Source: Octopus sinensis (Eukaryota). From it: 64,000 bases of DNA. The stretch spans positions 48,732,001-48,796,000 of the forward strand of contig NC_043007.1 of assembly GCF_006345805.1 (NCBI RefSeq). The letters are read 5' to 3'. This document shows positions 1-12,988 of this stretch, piece by piece. Position numbers and translations under genes: made by a program. Every line of letters begins with the position of its first letter. Position 1 is the stretch's first letter. The notes under the pieces are model-generated. The model had not been told where the DNA came from, searched no databases, and saw only the letters and a list, made by a program, of their open reading frames with translations.

Positions 1-636
1 TATAAGTATTTTAAAACATAAAAAAATATCCACTAGATTACAGCATGGAAATAGCACTTTACTCAAAGAAGGTGTCTTCAGCTTCCACCATGGCCTTAAG
101 ACAGCCCTGGAACATACACACACATGTATATATTTGTGTATGCGTGTATTTATGAGCTATGTCAGTAGTAAGAAACCAGAAAGAACTATACAAAGATTGG
201 ATAGCAATGTATGTTATGTAGAGAATGCAGCATACTAAAATTGTTTTTGTTTATAATTCCATTTTTGTTACCTTCATTATCATCACTCTCCCCATTATCA
301 TAATTTTCATTAAAATCATTTTCATTACCATCATCATCATCATTGTCATAGGCACTCTCATTGTGTCTGTCATCATCATTGCCACTTATACCATCTCCAC
401 TGTTGTCACCATCTTCAGCTCAGTAACTAAAACACTACTTTGAGAACAGAAAAATAATGAGATGTAAGATGAATCAACAATAGGAGCAGGCATAGATGTG
501 TGGTTGAGAAGATTGCTGTGTAATTACATAGCTTTGGATTCAATCCTGCTTATACAGCACTTAGCACAAATGTCTTTGTCTGTAATCTTAGGTTGAACAA
601 AATCTTGTGAGTGAAATTTGGTGGACAGAAACTGTG

Positions 637-866
637 CGGCGAGCTGGCAGAAACATTAGCATGCCGGGCGAAATGCTTAGTGATATTTCGTCTGCCACTA
701 CATTCTGAGTTCAAATTCCGCTGAGGTCGACTTTGCCTTTCATCCTTTCGGGGTCGATTAGATAAGTACCAGTTACGCACTGGGGGTTGATGTAATCGAC
801 TTAATCCCTTTGTCTGTCCTTGTTTGTCACCTTTATGTTTAGCTCCTTGTGGGCAATAAAGAAATA
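637..866 (+). mobile_element. tRNA-derived SINE family B (GACTTTGCCTTTCATCCTTTCGGGGTCGAT central domain)
   Basis: TGGCAGAA..TTAG and GAGTTCAAATTCC boxes; 10-bp TSD AGAAACTGTG (627-636 / 867-876). Other copies lie at about 2545-2740, 17672-17884(-), 27010-27218, 41680-41835, 42795-42990, 43775-43968(-), 44110-44322(-), 45445-45662(-), 51380-51560(-), 52570-52768, 56420-56635(-) and 58270-58490. Confidence 0.88.
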
Positions 867-1217
867 AGAAACTGTGTGGAAACTCATCAGAAAGATTGTT
901 CCTGGTTTTGGATTGTAGAATTAATTCTTTGCCTACTTTAATACCACCATTGACTCTTAGGTGACCATCTTTAGCAGAGTCTAAAGTCTACTCTGTCACA
1001 ATGATTTAGACCAGGTTTCCAGTCAGAGAATAACTTCCTCCTTGCCCACCTACCAGTCTCGAAGACTCTGGAAAAGATCATTGGTATTGCTCTTCCTCCT
1101 CTAATTTAACAATTAAAAATAACTAAGAATATCCTAAATCATAATACTGTCAGCCATTGTTGACATTATTAATTAAAAACATTATTAATGACAGCAAACA
1201 TTTTTATTCTCTTCCAG

Positions 1218-1475
1218 ATCTGGGAATCTTGTTCTGACTCCTTCTTGACCTTTAACCAGCCTGACCTCTCTGATGAACTTGCTTTTGTTGTTGAGAATGA
1301 TGTCCTTCTAGAAGCTCTGCGGACAAAACTGGAAGAGGTGAGCGAGAGAGTCGAAGTATTGTATGAAACCAAAGCTACCAAAATAGAGCTCCCTGAACCA
1401 TCAACTGATTCAGCATCAAAATCATTAGTCAGTATCACTTTGAACAATGGAAAAGTTCTGCATACAAACCTTTTG
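1218..1475 (+). CDS. COQ6: COQ6 (ubiquinone biosynthesis FAD-dependent monooxygenase) internal coding exon, first in window; upstream exons lie outside the window
   Basis: cttccag|ATC...TTG|gtaagt, 258 bp, phase 0/0. Translates IWESCSDSFLTFNQPDLSDELAFVVENDVLLEAL...HTNLL, resembling COQ6 VWDACSEALIMF...GYIVENDVIMHAL...TKLL (recalled). Confidence 0.93.
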
Positions 1476-1963
1476 GTAAGTGGCAGTGGCTATAACTGTT
1501 TTGTATTTATACCAACCACCACCACCACTATTCATTAAACATCTAAAATCCCCGTCTTTGAGCCACTTTTAACATTTACACTATGTTTCAATCAATTTGT
1601 ATTATGTTTATGTACGTCTCTTTGGACATGTACATATCTCACTGAATTTGTACAAAGAACACTTACTTTAAGCTAATAGTATTAACATTCTTATCTGCCA
1701 CGCCACCAAAGGTGTATGTATCAAAGATTAAGATAGGCAATATGATCAGAAATCAAACTGACCTAAACCTTGTTGTTGTTTTAATTCAGATTTACAAACC
1801 AACATATTGAAATATAAAACAAGAACACAATACAAATCGAGCTCTCATCTATTTAGCACCATGCCAATAAGTCCAATACTTACATCTCACACAGTACATC
1901 TGGAATCACTTCATTTATATTTATGTTTTATTTCATTTATTTTTATTCCCTTTCTTTCTACAG

Positions 1964-2071
1964 ATTGGAGCTGATGGCAGCAACTCAGTTGTACGCAAAA
2001 GCTGCAACTTCCCCTCTGTAAAATGGGACTATAACCAGGCTGGTGTAGTTGCAACTCTATCTCTGTCAGAG
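1964..2071 (+). CDS. COQ6: COQ6 coding exon
   Basis: ctacag|ATT...GAG|gttaac, 108 bp. IGADGSNSVVRKSCNFPSVKWDYNQAGVVATLSLSE contains the flavin-monooxygenase GADG motif. Confidence 0.95.
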
Positions 2072-3909
2072 GTTAACTTTATTATTCTTTTTATTTCACT
2101 TTGATTTTATTGTGGATTTTTGAATTGTTATCAATAGTAACGTTTGTTTGGTTAATTACAATAGAGACATAATTGATGAGGTCTGTGGAAGAGACCTGAC
2201 ACTGTTGGTAGTCACAGAGAACATAAGATGAAGATGTCGTGTACAGACTGTGTTGTATATATATGTATCCTTATTACTGTGCATAGTTATTCTGTACCAT
2301 ACACCTAGTTATGTGTACATATATATGATGGTTGCTGTGTTAGAAATAGTGTGCACCTAGCAGATATTGTGTAGAGATTCTGTATACCTTCCATTTGTAG
2401 TGTACTAATTGTATTGTACTGTACACATTCTTATTATTGTGTACAGATGTACTGCACACCTCAATATTGTGTAGGGATAGTATACACTTAGCATTTCTTG
2501 TGTACAGATATTGTACACTTCCAGGTTGTAGTGTAGATGTATACTGGCAGAATCGTTAGAATGCTTGACTAAATGCTTAGTGGCATTACCTCTGTCTTTA
2601 GGTTTAAGTTCAAATTCTGCCAAAATCAACTTAGCCTTTCATCCTTTCAGGATCAGTAAAATAAGTACCAGTTGAGCACAAGGGCTGATGTAATCAACTT
2701 ATCCCTCCCCACGAAATTGCTAGCCTTGTGCCAAAACTTGAGATCTGTTATTCTATATAGGTGTACTCTACTGCATTCATTTCAGTTGTCAGTAGAGGTA
2801 AAAGGATGTGAAAAAATTAGGGCGGGGTTATTTATGGTGGCAGTGGTCATGGTTATAGTGATACTGACAATGGAGGAGGTGGTAGCAGTGGCTGTCGAAG
2901 TAGTAGCAGTCAGCTGTTGTTACAGAGATGGTCATGAATTCTTTTTTTCCATTTCATAAATTTAAATTTTACTAGAATTTTATTTTGTAAGGATCTGATA
3001 AATTTCAAATCTCAGACAAGTTTCTCTTCTCAGTATTACATCTGAACAACCTGAGATTAGAACTGCTATCTATCCAGATAATCACTCTACACCTCATATA
3101 ATTCCTCACAGCACATTGTAGTATGCAGTATAGTTCTCGGCCAGAAGGTGGTGATGGGGGCGCATTGTATGTGGAATTTTATATCAATGTGTTGCACCTT
3201 ATTTGACTTGTAACCTGCACTCCAGAATTTTATCTGATCAGAGCTGATTTGGGGCTACAAAACAACAGTAATAACTATATCCTTTCCCCATATTTACATA
3301 ATTCTCTATACATTCTGCAATATTTTCAATTAACATCAGTTGTAAAGCTGCAAATTGGTAGAATTGTTGGAGTATCAAATAAACTGTATTACGGCCTTTC
3401 ATCCTTTCCGGGTCAATAAAAAAAAAGTATCAATCCAAGATTGCGGAACTGTAAGAATGTAGGATCAGATACCTTGTGGTATTTGTTCCAGCTCTTTTCA
3501 TTCTGAGTTGATGTGGTCTAGTTGGGTGGCTGACTTGTTCTTTTACCCAATTTAACGCCACCACGTGGCATCTTAGGTACCTCTAGTGGACTCCACTCTG
3601 TTGCAAGTATTTGGTGCAGGTCTCTAATTTGAGGATACCTTCTCACCTTGAATGCCTGAGTAGCTTCATCAGAACCTCAAATAACAAATACAGCTGTAAG
3701 CTAATGAAGTTCATAAGATAATCATTTATTCCTTTGTCATCTCATTTTCTTTTTATCACTCCGTACTTAACAAACACTTCATTTTGAAGCATAAGTATGT
3801 TGGGTTCTACACCAGGCTACTAGTCTCGCAATGCCTAAGTGAAATGTTAAAATGTGTGTGTGTGTGTAAAACACTATAACAGATATATATTCTGTTTCAT
3901 ATATTGCAG

Positions 3910-3972
3910 CCAACAGAAAACAATGTTGCTTGGCAACGTTTCTTACCTTCTGGACCAATTGCTATATTACCT
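3910..3972 (+). CDS. COQ6: COQ6 coding exon
   Basis: ttgcag|CCA...CCT|gtaagt, 63 bp. [21 protein letters not shown] is a near-invariant COQ6 segment. Confidence 0.96.
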
Positions 3973-4892
3973 GTAAGTAATACATTTACTTTTTGTTATG
4001 TTGCAATATGCATGAATGAATCTGCTAATGTTGTATAGTTCATAGCTCTTCACAGCATCCATCCATTACCAATCACTGTTACCTGTCACTGTTCTACCGG
4101 CCATAGCAATTATTTTAAACTCTGTTATCTCCTAATACTCCACATAATCACCAGGTTATATTTGTTAGTTGTTCTGTGCCGGTGGCACGTAAAAAGCACC
4201 AATCTGATCGTGGCCGTTGCCAGCCTCACCTAGCTCCTGTGCCGGTGGCACGTAAAAAGCACCCACTACACTCACGGAGTGGTTGGCGTTAGGAAGGGCA
4301 TCCAGCTGTAGAAACACTGCCAGATCAGACTGAAGCCTGGTGCAGCCTTCTGGCTTCCCAGATCCCGGTCGAACCGTCCAACCCATGCTAGCATGGAGAA
4401 CGGACATTAGACGATGATGAGTAGTAATAGTTACCATATAGTCTAGCTACCCTTTCATACACTGTCACCAGAGTACATCTGTTAATAGTTAATACTAAGC
4501 AGTAATAGGGGCAGGCATGGTTGTGTGATAAGAAGTTTGTTTCCCAATCACATGTTCTTGGGTTCAGTCACACTGCATGGTATGTAAGGCAGATGCCTTC
4601 TACTATAGCCCCAGGCGAACCAAAGCCTTATGAATGGATTTTGTAGACAGAAACTGAAAGAAGCTTGTTGTTTATATATGTGTGTGTGTGTGTTACTGTC
4701 TCCATCCCTTCATTTCATGTAATATTTGAATACAAATGTCACTATTAGTCAACTGCTCTTTGTTTCCAATCTTCCGTGGAAACCTGTTTGGCATGGAGAA
4801 TATTACCTTTCTTGGAAACAGGTCAGGGTTGACAACAGGAAAGGCATCCAGTTTTAGAAGATCTGCTTCAACAAATTCTGCCCAATATAGTG

Positions 4893-6215
4893 ATGGGGAT
4901 GGTGGTATGAGCATATTTCTTGCAGAGAAATAAGTGGATAAGGTACTAGAGGAAGTCAGAGTGAGCAATAGAGTGCTTAAGCTCAGGCTAGTCTTGCAGA
5001 ATACCATAGCATCAATTATCTCTGCCTATGTCCCACAAGTGGGTCTATCGATTGAACAGCAGGACTATCTTTATGATATTCTTCTGCAGGCTACCTCTAA
5101 GACAAATGACAAGGATCTCATCTTCATGGCAGGGGGTTTCAATGGGTATGTCAGATGGCGGTCAAGTATTTTCCATGATGTACATAGGGGTCATGGAATT
5201 GATTCCTGAAATGAAGAGGGAACAAGGCTACTGGAGTTCTGTGATGCAAATAACCTATTGATCTGCAACACCAACTTCAAGAACCCAACCAGCCACTTGA
5301 TAACCTACCAATCAGATGGCTATGCTAGCCAGATCAATTACATTCTCACCAGGCCACAGGATGCATGGCTGCTCTTAAATACAAAGACCCTCCCTGGTGA
5401 AGAATGTATCCCCCAGCATAGACTAGTCATCAGTAACTTTAGACTCCAGGCCAGAAGGATGCCAAGAAGCAGACCAATCTGGAAAAGAAGGATTTGGAAG
5501 CTTAAAGACCCTTCACATGGTCCGAGATTTAGGGACAACCCAGTTGAGAAATTTGATAAAAGGGAGGAGGAGCTACAAACTTGTGACAGAGGGCAACTGG
5601 GAACTCTTGTGGGACAACTTGTTGAGTGCCACAGACCAAATCTGTGGATGGTGCAAAATCCCAACCAGACATAGGGTAAAGTGGTGGTGGAACGTTGCCA
5701 TAGATAGGGCCATTAGAGCAAAGAAACAGGCCTGGAAGAGTTGGGTTAGCAGGGAGCTGTGTATCAGATAGCCAGAAGGAAAGCTAAGTGACAGGTATAT
5801 CTAGCCAAGGGATAAGCAGAAAAGAGGAGTTAGGTATGTAAAAAGCACCTTTCAAGCATTGAACCTCACAGAGGCAAAGTGGTTGAGCTCCTTTCAAATG
5901 TTGGACCTCACAGAGACAATGACCAAGACCTTTGGTACTATGTTGTGCTTAAAAAGAAGACCCATCAAGCCAAGTAAAATTGCAGTCATGCAAATGGCAC
6001 CCATGCCAGTGGCATATAAAAGCACCCTTCGAGCATTGGGCTTCACTGAGGCAAGGACCAAGACCATTTGGCATTATGCTGGGCTTCGAGTGTTGGGCCT
6101 GATGGAGGCAATGACTGAATCCATTTGGCATTATGTTGTACTTGAGAAGAAGACCCATCAAACCAAGTAAAACTGCAGTTATGGCAGATACCGGTGTCAT
6201 GCAAATAGCACCTGT
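4893..6215 (+). mobile_element. RTE LINE fragment (endonuclease region joined to 3'-end pieces)
   Basis: RVSNRVLKLRL...IISAYVPQVGL, FMAGGFNGYV, ICNTNFK...QINYIL and KWWWNVAIDRAI, with stops and frameshifts. Confidence 0.85.
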
Positions 6216-6330
6216 GCTGGTTTCAAGCATAGAAAAGCAAAATTTAGACCACAACAATGATGAAGAAGAATTTTTTTCCATGAGAACTGCAGTGAATTTG
6301 CCTTTAGAAGTTAAAATATGTCACAAACAT

Positions 6331-7175
6331 CATCATCATCATCATCATCATTTAACGTCCGCTTTCCATGCTAGCATGGGTTGGACGGTTCAACTGGGGT
6401 CTGGGGAGCCCGAAAGCTGCACCAGTCCAGTCAGATCTGGCAGTGTTTCTACAGCTGGATGCCCTTCCTAACGCCAACCACTCCGAGAGTGTAGTGGGTG
6501 ATTTTATGTGCCACCAACACAGGTGCCAGACGAGGCTGGCAAACGGCCACGCTCGGATGGTGTTTTTTTATGTGCCACCGACACAGGTGCCAGACGAGGC
6601 TGGCAGACGGCCACGCTCGGATGGTGTTTTTATGTGCCACCGACACAGGTGCCAGATGAGGCTGGCAAACAGCCACGATCGGATGGTGTTTGTTACGTGC
6701 CCACAGCACGGAGGCCAGTCGATGCGGTACTGGCTACGGCCACGTTCGGATGGTTTTCTTGTGTGCCACGTGCCACCGGCACTGGTACCACAAAGATACA
6801 AATTCCATTGATGTTCATCTATTTTGATTTGTTTTGATTTTCACTTGCCTCAACAGGTCTTCACAAGTGTCACAAGAAGGAAGGTAAGCACAGGTGGACT
6901 GACTACGTCCCAGGTAAGGGCCACGGGTTATGGCCTGACTAGTCTTGCCGGGTCTTCGGATGGTGTTTTTATGTGCCACCGACATAGGTGCCAGATGAGG
7001 CTGGCGAACGGCCACGATCGGATGGTGTTTGTTACGTGCCCACAGCACGGAGGCCATTCGATGCGGTACTGGCTACGGCCACGTTCGGATGGTTTTCTTG
7101 TGTGCCACCGGCACTGGTACCACAAAGATACAAATTCCATTGATGTTCATCTACTTTGATTTGTTTTGATTTGAT
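6331..7175 (-). mobile_element. RTE 3' UTR-derived repeat (5'-truncated), young subfamily
   Basis: (CAT)n end, AGGAAGGGCATCCAGCTGTAGAAA core (reverse complement) and about 60-bp subrepeats. Other copies lie at about 4175-4420(+), 11255-11508(-), 12661-12852(-), 24690-24940(+), 47222-47380(-), 48935-49085(-), 51090-51325(+), 59950-60410(-) and 61770-61920(+). Confidence 0.85.
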
Positions 7176-7892
7176 TTTATTTGATGTTAAGTAATTGTTT
7201 GTTTATTCCTAATCACTGCTTGGCACTGATGCTGTTGTATTTATCCTGACCAGGCAGTCAAATAGTACAACTCAGTCACTGATGTTAACTGTTTTTTTTA
7301 GTTGAAGCTATAGCTTTAAATCTGTTCAAGGTTATCGCTCTTTATTATTTCCCATTGAGGAAGACTAAGAGCCAGAAACAGCTGAATGGGAATCCAATAG
7401 GGGGAAGCACTGGGCAGATATGGTGTTTTTACACTTTTTACCATAGGAGAGGGTTTTATTCTTTCTGGTAACTGCAGCAAATTTGCTTTTAGAAGTTAAA
7501 ATATCTCACAAACATATTTTAACTAACTTAAAATTCTTTTAACTGTGTTTTAGTTTTTTTTTCTCTATTTTTGTCTTATTTTCATGTTTCTTGCATGATT
7601 TAACATTAAACTTCTTAAATCTATCCTCATAGTTTCTACACTTGTATATGTATGTGCATGTGTGTGTGTCTGTCTGTCTGTCTATGTGTTGGTTTGAGCT
7701 ATCATGTATGTTTGTGTATGTGTATGTGTTTGTATGTATATGTATGTGTGTTTGTGTGTATATGTTATTTCACTCTCCCCCACCCCTGCCCCTATACTCT
7801 ATCCATCTCTGTCACTGTACATCACTCTCTCTTTCCCCCACCCCTTTCTCATCCAACATCATATACATATTTTCTGAACTACCTACAGATTT

Positions 7893-8130
7893 ATATTATT
7901 TACATTTGACAGATATTTGTCCTCATCTTGTTTGTTGTTAACACATTTTGGCTGATATACCCTCCAGCCTTCATCAGATGTCTTGGTTCGAAATTTCCCC
8001 AAGACACCTGATGAAGGCTGGAGGGTATATCAGCCAAAACATTCTGTTAACAACAAACAAGACAAGGACAAATATCCATCAAATATAAATAATGTATATG
8101 ATTCCTCATCTCTTAAATATAGAACTGTAT
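7893..8130. mobile_element. Palindromic Penelope-type terminal-repeat insertion with two decayed hammerhead-like cores
   Basis: About 95-bp inverted arms (about 7892-7986 / 7999-8096). A 13-bp direct repeat TACCTACAGATTT at 7880-7892 and 8131-8143 looks like a TSD. Each arm has CTGATGA-A-GGCTG...CAGCC-AAAA. Confidence 0.65.
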
Positions 8131-8730
8131 TACCTACAGATTTGTTACACCGCTGCTCTCCCTCCTTCCTGTCACTTATCACCTCCTCTCCTCTGAGCCA
8201 CTCCTATTCTTTCACCTTCATACCTCACCAGTTCTTTTCACTACATTCACCTCTACATCCATCTCTAACCATTTGTCACTCTCCTCTCACTCTAATGAAC
8301 TTATCCACCCATCCTACTCAATTCTTTGACCATTAAGAAAGTATCTCAAAATACCTTCTTATAGCTTAAGAATACACTTTGACACTTCATCACCTCCAAT
8401 GTTGTCTTCTTTCTAGCTGTTCCCCACCTACTGTGGGAAAGCTTTATGTCTCCCCTATAACAAGACATATCTTCCATGTACCTCTATCATCTTTTAGCCT
8501 CTGAAGACCTGGCATAATGCAGGGTCCCTCTCTACTACAACCCCACTCAGCTAAGGGTCTTTTGCAAATTATTTGGTGACCTCACAAATGTTGGTGTCCC
8601 AGAAAAAGGCACCAGAAGCCTAACCAAAGCAGACATTGAAGCTCAGTGCAGTCTGCTTGCTCATTGGATTCTGTCTAACCATCCATAAATTGAGTTATTG
8701 ATTTGCTTCTTTCTATCTTCCATCCAACAG

Positions 8731-8838
8731 CTATCAAAAAAAGAAAGTTCTCTTGTTTGGAGCACCAGCCATGAACATGCCAAAGAATTGGTCTCCATGG
8801 ATGCTGACACATTTGTTGATGCAGTCAATAATGCTTTG
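8731..8838 (+). CDS. COQ6: COQ6 coding exon
   Basis: caacag|CTA...TTG|gtaagt, 108 bp. [36 protein letters not shown]. Confidence 0.96.
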
Positions 8839-9949
8839 GTAAGTAAACACTGCTGATTCCATAATTGTAACACTGATATAGACATATCAATGAAGACTAT
8901 GATAGTTCATATTTCTTATTTTATTCACTTGTGTGTGTGTGTATGTGTCTTAATATGTGGAGAGATCCAAGCGTGTCTTGATAGCAGTTTTTAAATATAT
9001 ACTTATATAAATATATCAAGATGCAGGGATGGTTGTGTGGTAAGGAGTTTGCTTTCCAGCCACATGGTTTTAACTTCAGTCCCACTACATGGCACCTTGG
9101 GCAAACGTCTTATACTATAGTCTCAAACCAACCAATGCCTTTGAGTGGATTTGATCAGCAGAAATTGAAAGAAGCCCATTGTATATCTATCTATCTATCT
9201 GTATATATATATTATATATATATATATATATTATATATATATATCTATATATATATATATTATGTGTCTGTGTTTGCCCTCCATCACTGCTTGACAACCA
9301 GTGTTGGTATGTTTATGTCCTTGGAACTTAAAGATTCGGCCAAAAAAAAAAACAATACCAAGCCCTGTGGTTGATTCATTCAACTAAAATTCTTCTAGGT
9401 GGTGCCCCTGCATGGCCATAGTCTGATGGCCGAATTAAATAAAAGAATAAAAGAAAGAAGTTATATATGCGTGTGTGTATGCAGGTGTGGTTGTGAGGTC
9501 CAGATGTGGCTAATTATTGGCACAAGCATGGCTGTCTGGTTAAGAGGTTTGCTTCAAAACCATGTGGTTTTTAGTTCAGTCCCACTGCAAGGCACTTGGG
9601 CAAATGTTTCCTACTATATCCCAGGGCTGACCAAAACCTTGTGAGTGAAGCAAATAAAAGAATAAAAGAACATGGAAAGAGGCTGAGTGAAACAGAGATA
9701 ATAATGGTGGCCTGGCCAAACTAGCGTATGTATGTATGTGAGAATGGTGTGTGTGAGTGTGTATGTGTGAATGGGGAACGAGTTCATGGGCCTATTTGTG
9801 TGTGGTGAGGGTACTGAGTTAGGCTGTATACAGATGGGGGTGGTGAAGGAGAGGGGCAGTTGAAGGTGGGAGGTATGTGGGAATCTGTAGGTTGGTATTA
9901 GATGAAGAGAGTTGGCAAATTAAGGTCATAAGGAGCAAAGGAATGAAGG

Positions 9950-10513
9950 GAGAAGATTAATTCTTGTTCAAGGCAAAGGTGGTAGTTCAGGTGACTCCTG
10001 TGCAGAGACAGTTCAAACACAGACAGATGTTGCAGCAGATGACGGTGGAACGGAAGTGGCACAAGACGAGGTAGTCATCGCCGAGTCTGATGTCTCAGAG
10101 GTGCTCAATGAATTGGTGACCAAGTGGCATCCCATTTGACCAATGTACAGTGAAGGATAGGGAGAGCAGGTAATGCAGTAGATAAGTAGATAATATTGCT
10201 GGAGATGCAGGTAAAAGAGTCAGTGATGTGATAGAGGCAGTGATGGGTGCTGGTGAGAATAGTGGTGTTGGAGAGGTAGAGGCAGGTGTGATAGTATGGA
10301 CAAGAGCAGGGGAAGAAGCCAGGAGTAGGGAAGAAACTGTGGACTAGAAAGTCACACAGGTTATGGGTGCATATGAAAGAGGGAAGGGGCAGGTTAAGGA
10401 AGATGTGTAAGGTGGTGGGGTCAGACTGGAGTCAACGAAAGGCTCAGAGAATAGTGTGTTGGAGGGATTGTAGGTGAGGAGAAACTAGAAACAGGTAAGC
10501 ATGGGATAGGTGC

Positions 10514-10557
<44 letters not shown>

Positions 10558-11228
10558 AGCACGGTCAACAGATCTTGCCCAAGCAAGGGCAGTTTGGATA
10601 TCAAAGTAGGGTAAAGTGGCAAGTCATGAATTGAGACTGGGTCTCAAAATCATGGTCATCACTACAGAGCTGGCATAGACAGAGGAATTGGGAATAGGGG
10701 ATGGAGAGCTTGGTGTGGTTAGGGTGGGAGGAGGAGACATTGAGGTAGGAGTGTTAGTCTTTGTGTTTGTAGTGGGTGGAGGTGGTAAGAGTAGAGTGGT
10801 CCATACCAATGGAAATGTCAAGAAATTCAACAGAGATATTGGAGACCGTGGAGGAGAATTCAAGGGCTGGATGGAAGGACTTGGACGAAGCAGAGGAAGG
10901 AGTCAAGATGTTTACAAAGTTATGAGGTTGCACTGATACAGTTGTTGATAGTATGACCATGTAGCTCAGGAGTAGGACCAGTGAACTGTGTGAATATTTG
11001 GGCTTCAACATAGCCTACGAGCAGGATTACATAGTTGGGGCTCAATCTCATTCCCATAGCCACTACTGAGACCTGTTGGCAAAACTCACCCATAAATGAG
11101 AAGCACTTGTTGAAGGAGAGGACAAGTTCAGCCAAACAAAGAATTGTAGAGGTGTCGGGCTGAGGGTCTGGACAAAGGTCTAGAAAGTGTTTTAATGCAA
11201 GAAGACCATCGTTATGCAGGATCACCAT
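9950..11228 (-). mobile_element. Penelope-like RT fragment (second, older family)
   Basis: DGLLALKHFLDL...FSFMGEFCQQVSVVAMG...NYVILLVGYVE and FLDISI...TTSTHYK are PLE RT/thumb motifs. The left boundary is uncertain. Confidence 0.75.
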
Positions 11229-11522
11229 GTAAGAGATTTGATATACATATATACATCACGATCATCATCGTCATTGTTTAACATCTGCCTTCCATGCTGG
11301 CATGGGTCAGACAGTTTGACTGGGGACCAGCAAGCCAGTAGGCTGCACCAGGCTCCAATCTGATCTGGCAAGGTTTCTATAGCTGGATGCCCATCCTAAC
11401 ACCAACCATTCTGAGAGTGTAGCGAGCGCTTTTTACGTGCCAGTGGCACGGGAGCCAGTCAGGCGGCACTGGCATCGACCACGTTCAGATGGTGCTTTTT
11501 ACATGCCATATATAAATATATA

Positions 11523-12988
11523 TCAGGTCATCCCATAAGTTCTGTCCGAATTTTAGATAAAGAAAACAAGTGCTCAAATATTATATTTAATTGAAGTTTA
11601 ATCATCAGTGTACTTTCCCTGATTATCTATAACTTCCTTCCATCTATTTACGAGTTTTTTAATCCCATCAATGTAAAACTCTTGGTTTCAAAGCAAAGAA
11701 CTCTGAAATGTCAGTTTCAACCTCCTCCTGGCTTGTGAAAGTTATGCCCCCCAAATGATTCTGTAAACTATGACACAAATGGTAGTCTGAAGGAGCAAGG
11801 TTGGGAGAATAAGGTGGAGGAGGAATTTTTTCCCAACCAATCTCTTCGATCTTCTGTGATGTGGTCTTTGCAGTGTGGGGTCGCGCATTGTCCTGATGAA
11901 ACATCACTCCTTTTCAAGTCACTGAAGTGGGTCTTTTTTACTTCAAATCTTGGTTCAAACTCTCTAATTGCTGACAGTAGACTTGAGCATTGATTGCTGC
12001 ATTAGGTGGTAACAATTCAAAGTGAATTACTCCTTTGCAATCCCACCAAATAGAGAGAACCTTTTTCCTATGAAGTTCCCTTCTTGGTTGTGGTTGAGCT
12101 TTTTCCCTTTTACCAAACCACTGTTTACGACATTTAACATTTCAATAGAAGATCCATTTTTCGTCACAAGTTTATCCAAAAAGGCTGAAATGAGTTCATG
12201 AGAATGGAAAGAAGAACAGATGTCAACTCGGGATTTGCGGTTGCTTTCAGACAATTCATGAGGCACCCATTTTCCAAATTTAGAAACCTTTCCAAGTTGT
12301 TGAAGATGACGATGAACAGTTGTATGGTTTGAACTAAGCTTTATTACCAATTCTTCAACTGATAATGCAGGATTTTCTTCAAGTAATGCCTCAAGGAGCT
12401 TATCATCAAACTCAACTGGACATCCTGTTCGATCTTCATCTTCAAGGCTGAAATCTCCACTTCTGAATTTTGCAAACCATCTTCTGCAAGTTCTTTCATT
12501 CAAGCATTCTTTCCCATAAACTGAGTGTTTCGAGTTGCTTCGGCTGCAGAATTTCCTTTTTTGTACTCATAAAGTATTATGTGCCTCAAATGCTCTTTGG
12601 ATACTTCCATGTTAGAAAGGGTTTCAATCAAAGAAATATTAATTCTATTATTCTGTAAATCATCATCATCGTTTAATGTCCGCTTTCCATGCTAGCATGG
12701 GTTGGACAGTTCAACTGGGGTCTGGGAAGCCAGAAGGCTGCACCGAGCCCAGTCTGATCTGGCAATGTTTCTACGGCTGGATGCCCTTCCTAACACCAAC
12801 CACTCCGTGATTATAGTGGGTGCTTTTTACATGCCACTAGCACGGAGGCCAGTCGGGGTATTTAATTAGTTAAATGTACACAAATGCATAAAAATAATTT
12901 TTAATTCCATTAGACATTCTAAAATACTATTAAATTTCATTCAATTTTAAAAAAGGTAAAATCGGACAGAACTTATGGGATGACCTGA
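11523..12988 (-). mobile_element. Mariner (Tc1/mariner, D34D) transposon, full-length with pseudogenised transposase (about 11598-12610)
   Basis: Perfect 27-bp TIRs TCAGGTCATCCCATAAGTTCTGTCCGA (11523-11549 / 12962-12988) with TA on both sides. Motifs WVPHEL, HQDNARPH and YSPNLAPSDYHL are present, with frameshifts. Carries a repeat insertion at about 12661-12852. Confidence 0.95.

Noticed and set aside
225-443. Ile/Thr-rich ORF, and similar ORF-track entries (7642-7941, 33118-33438, 36371-36835, 50346-50876, YIYI-type ORFs)
   Set aside because: These are translations of microsatellite or low-complexity DNA with no domain signal or splice support.
6500-6800. About 60-bp repeats with variable segments (also 14400-14860 and 19100-19340) look superficially like a CRISPR array
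   Set aside because: The context is eukaryotic, the variable parts are homologous to each other, there are no cas genes, and the units belong to the RTE 3' UTR.
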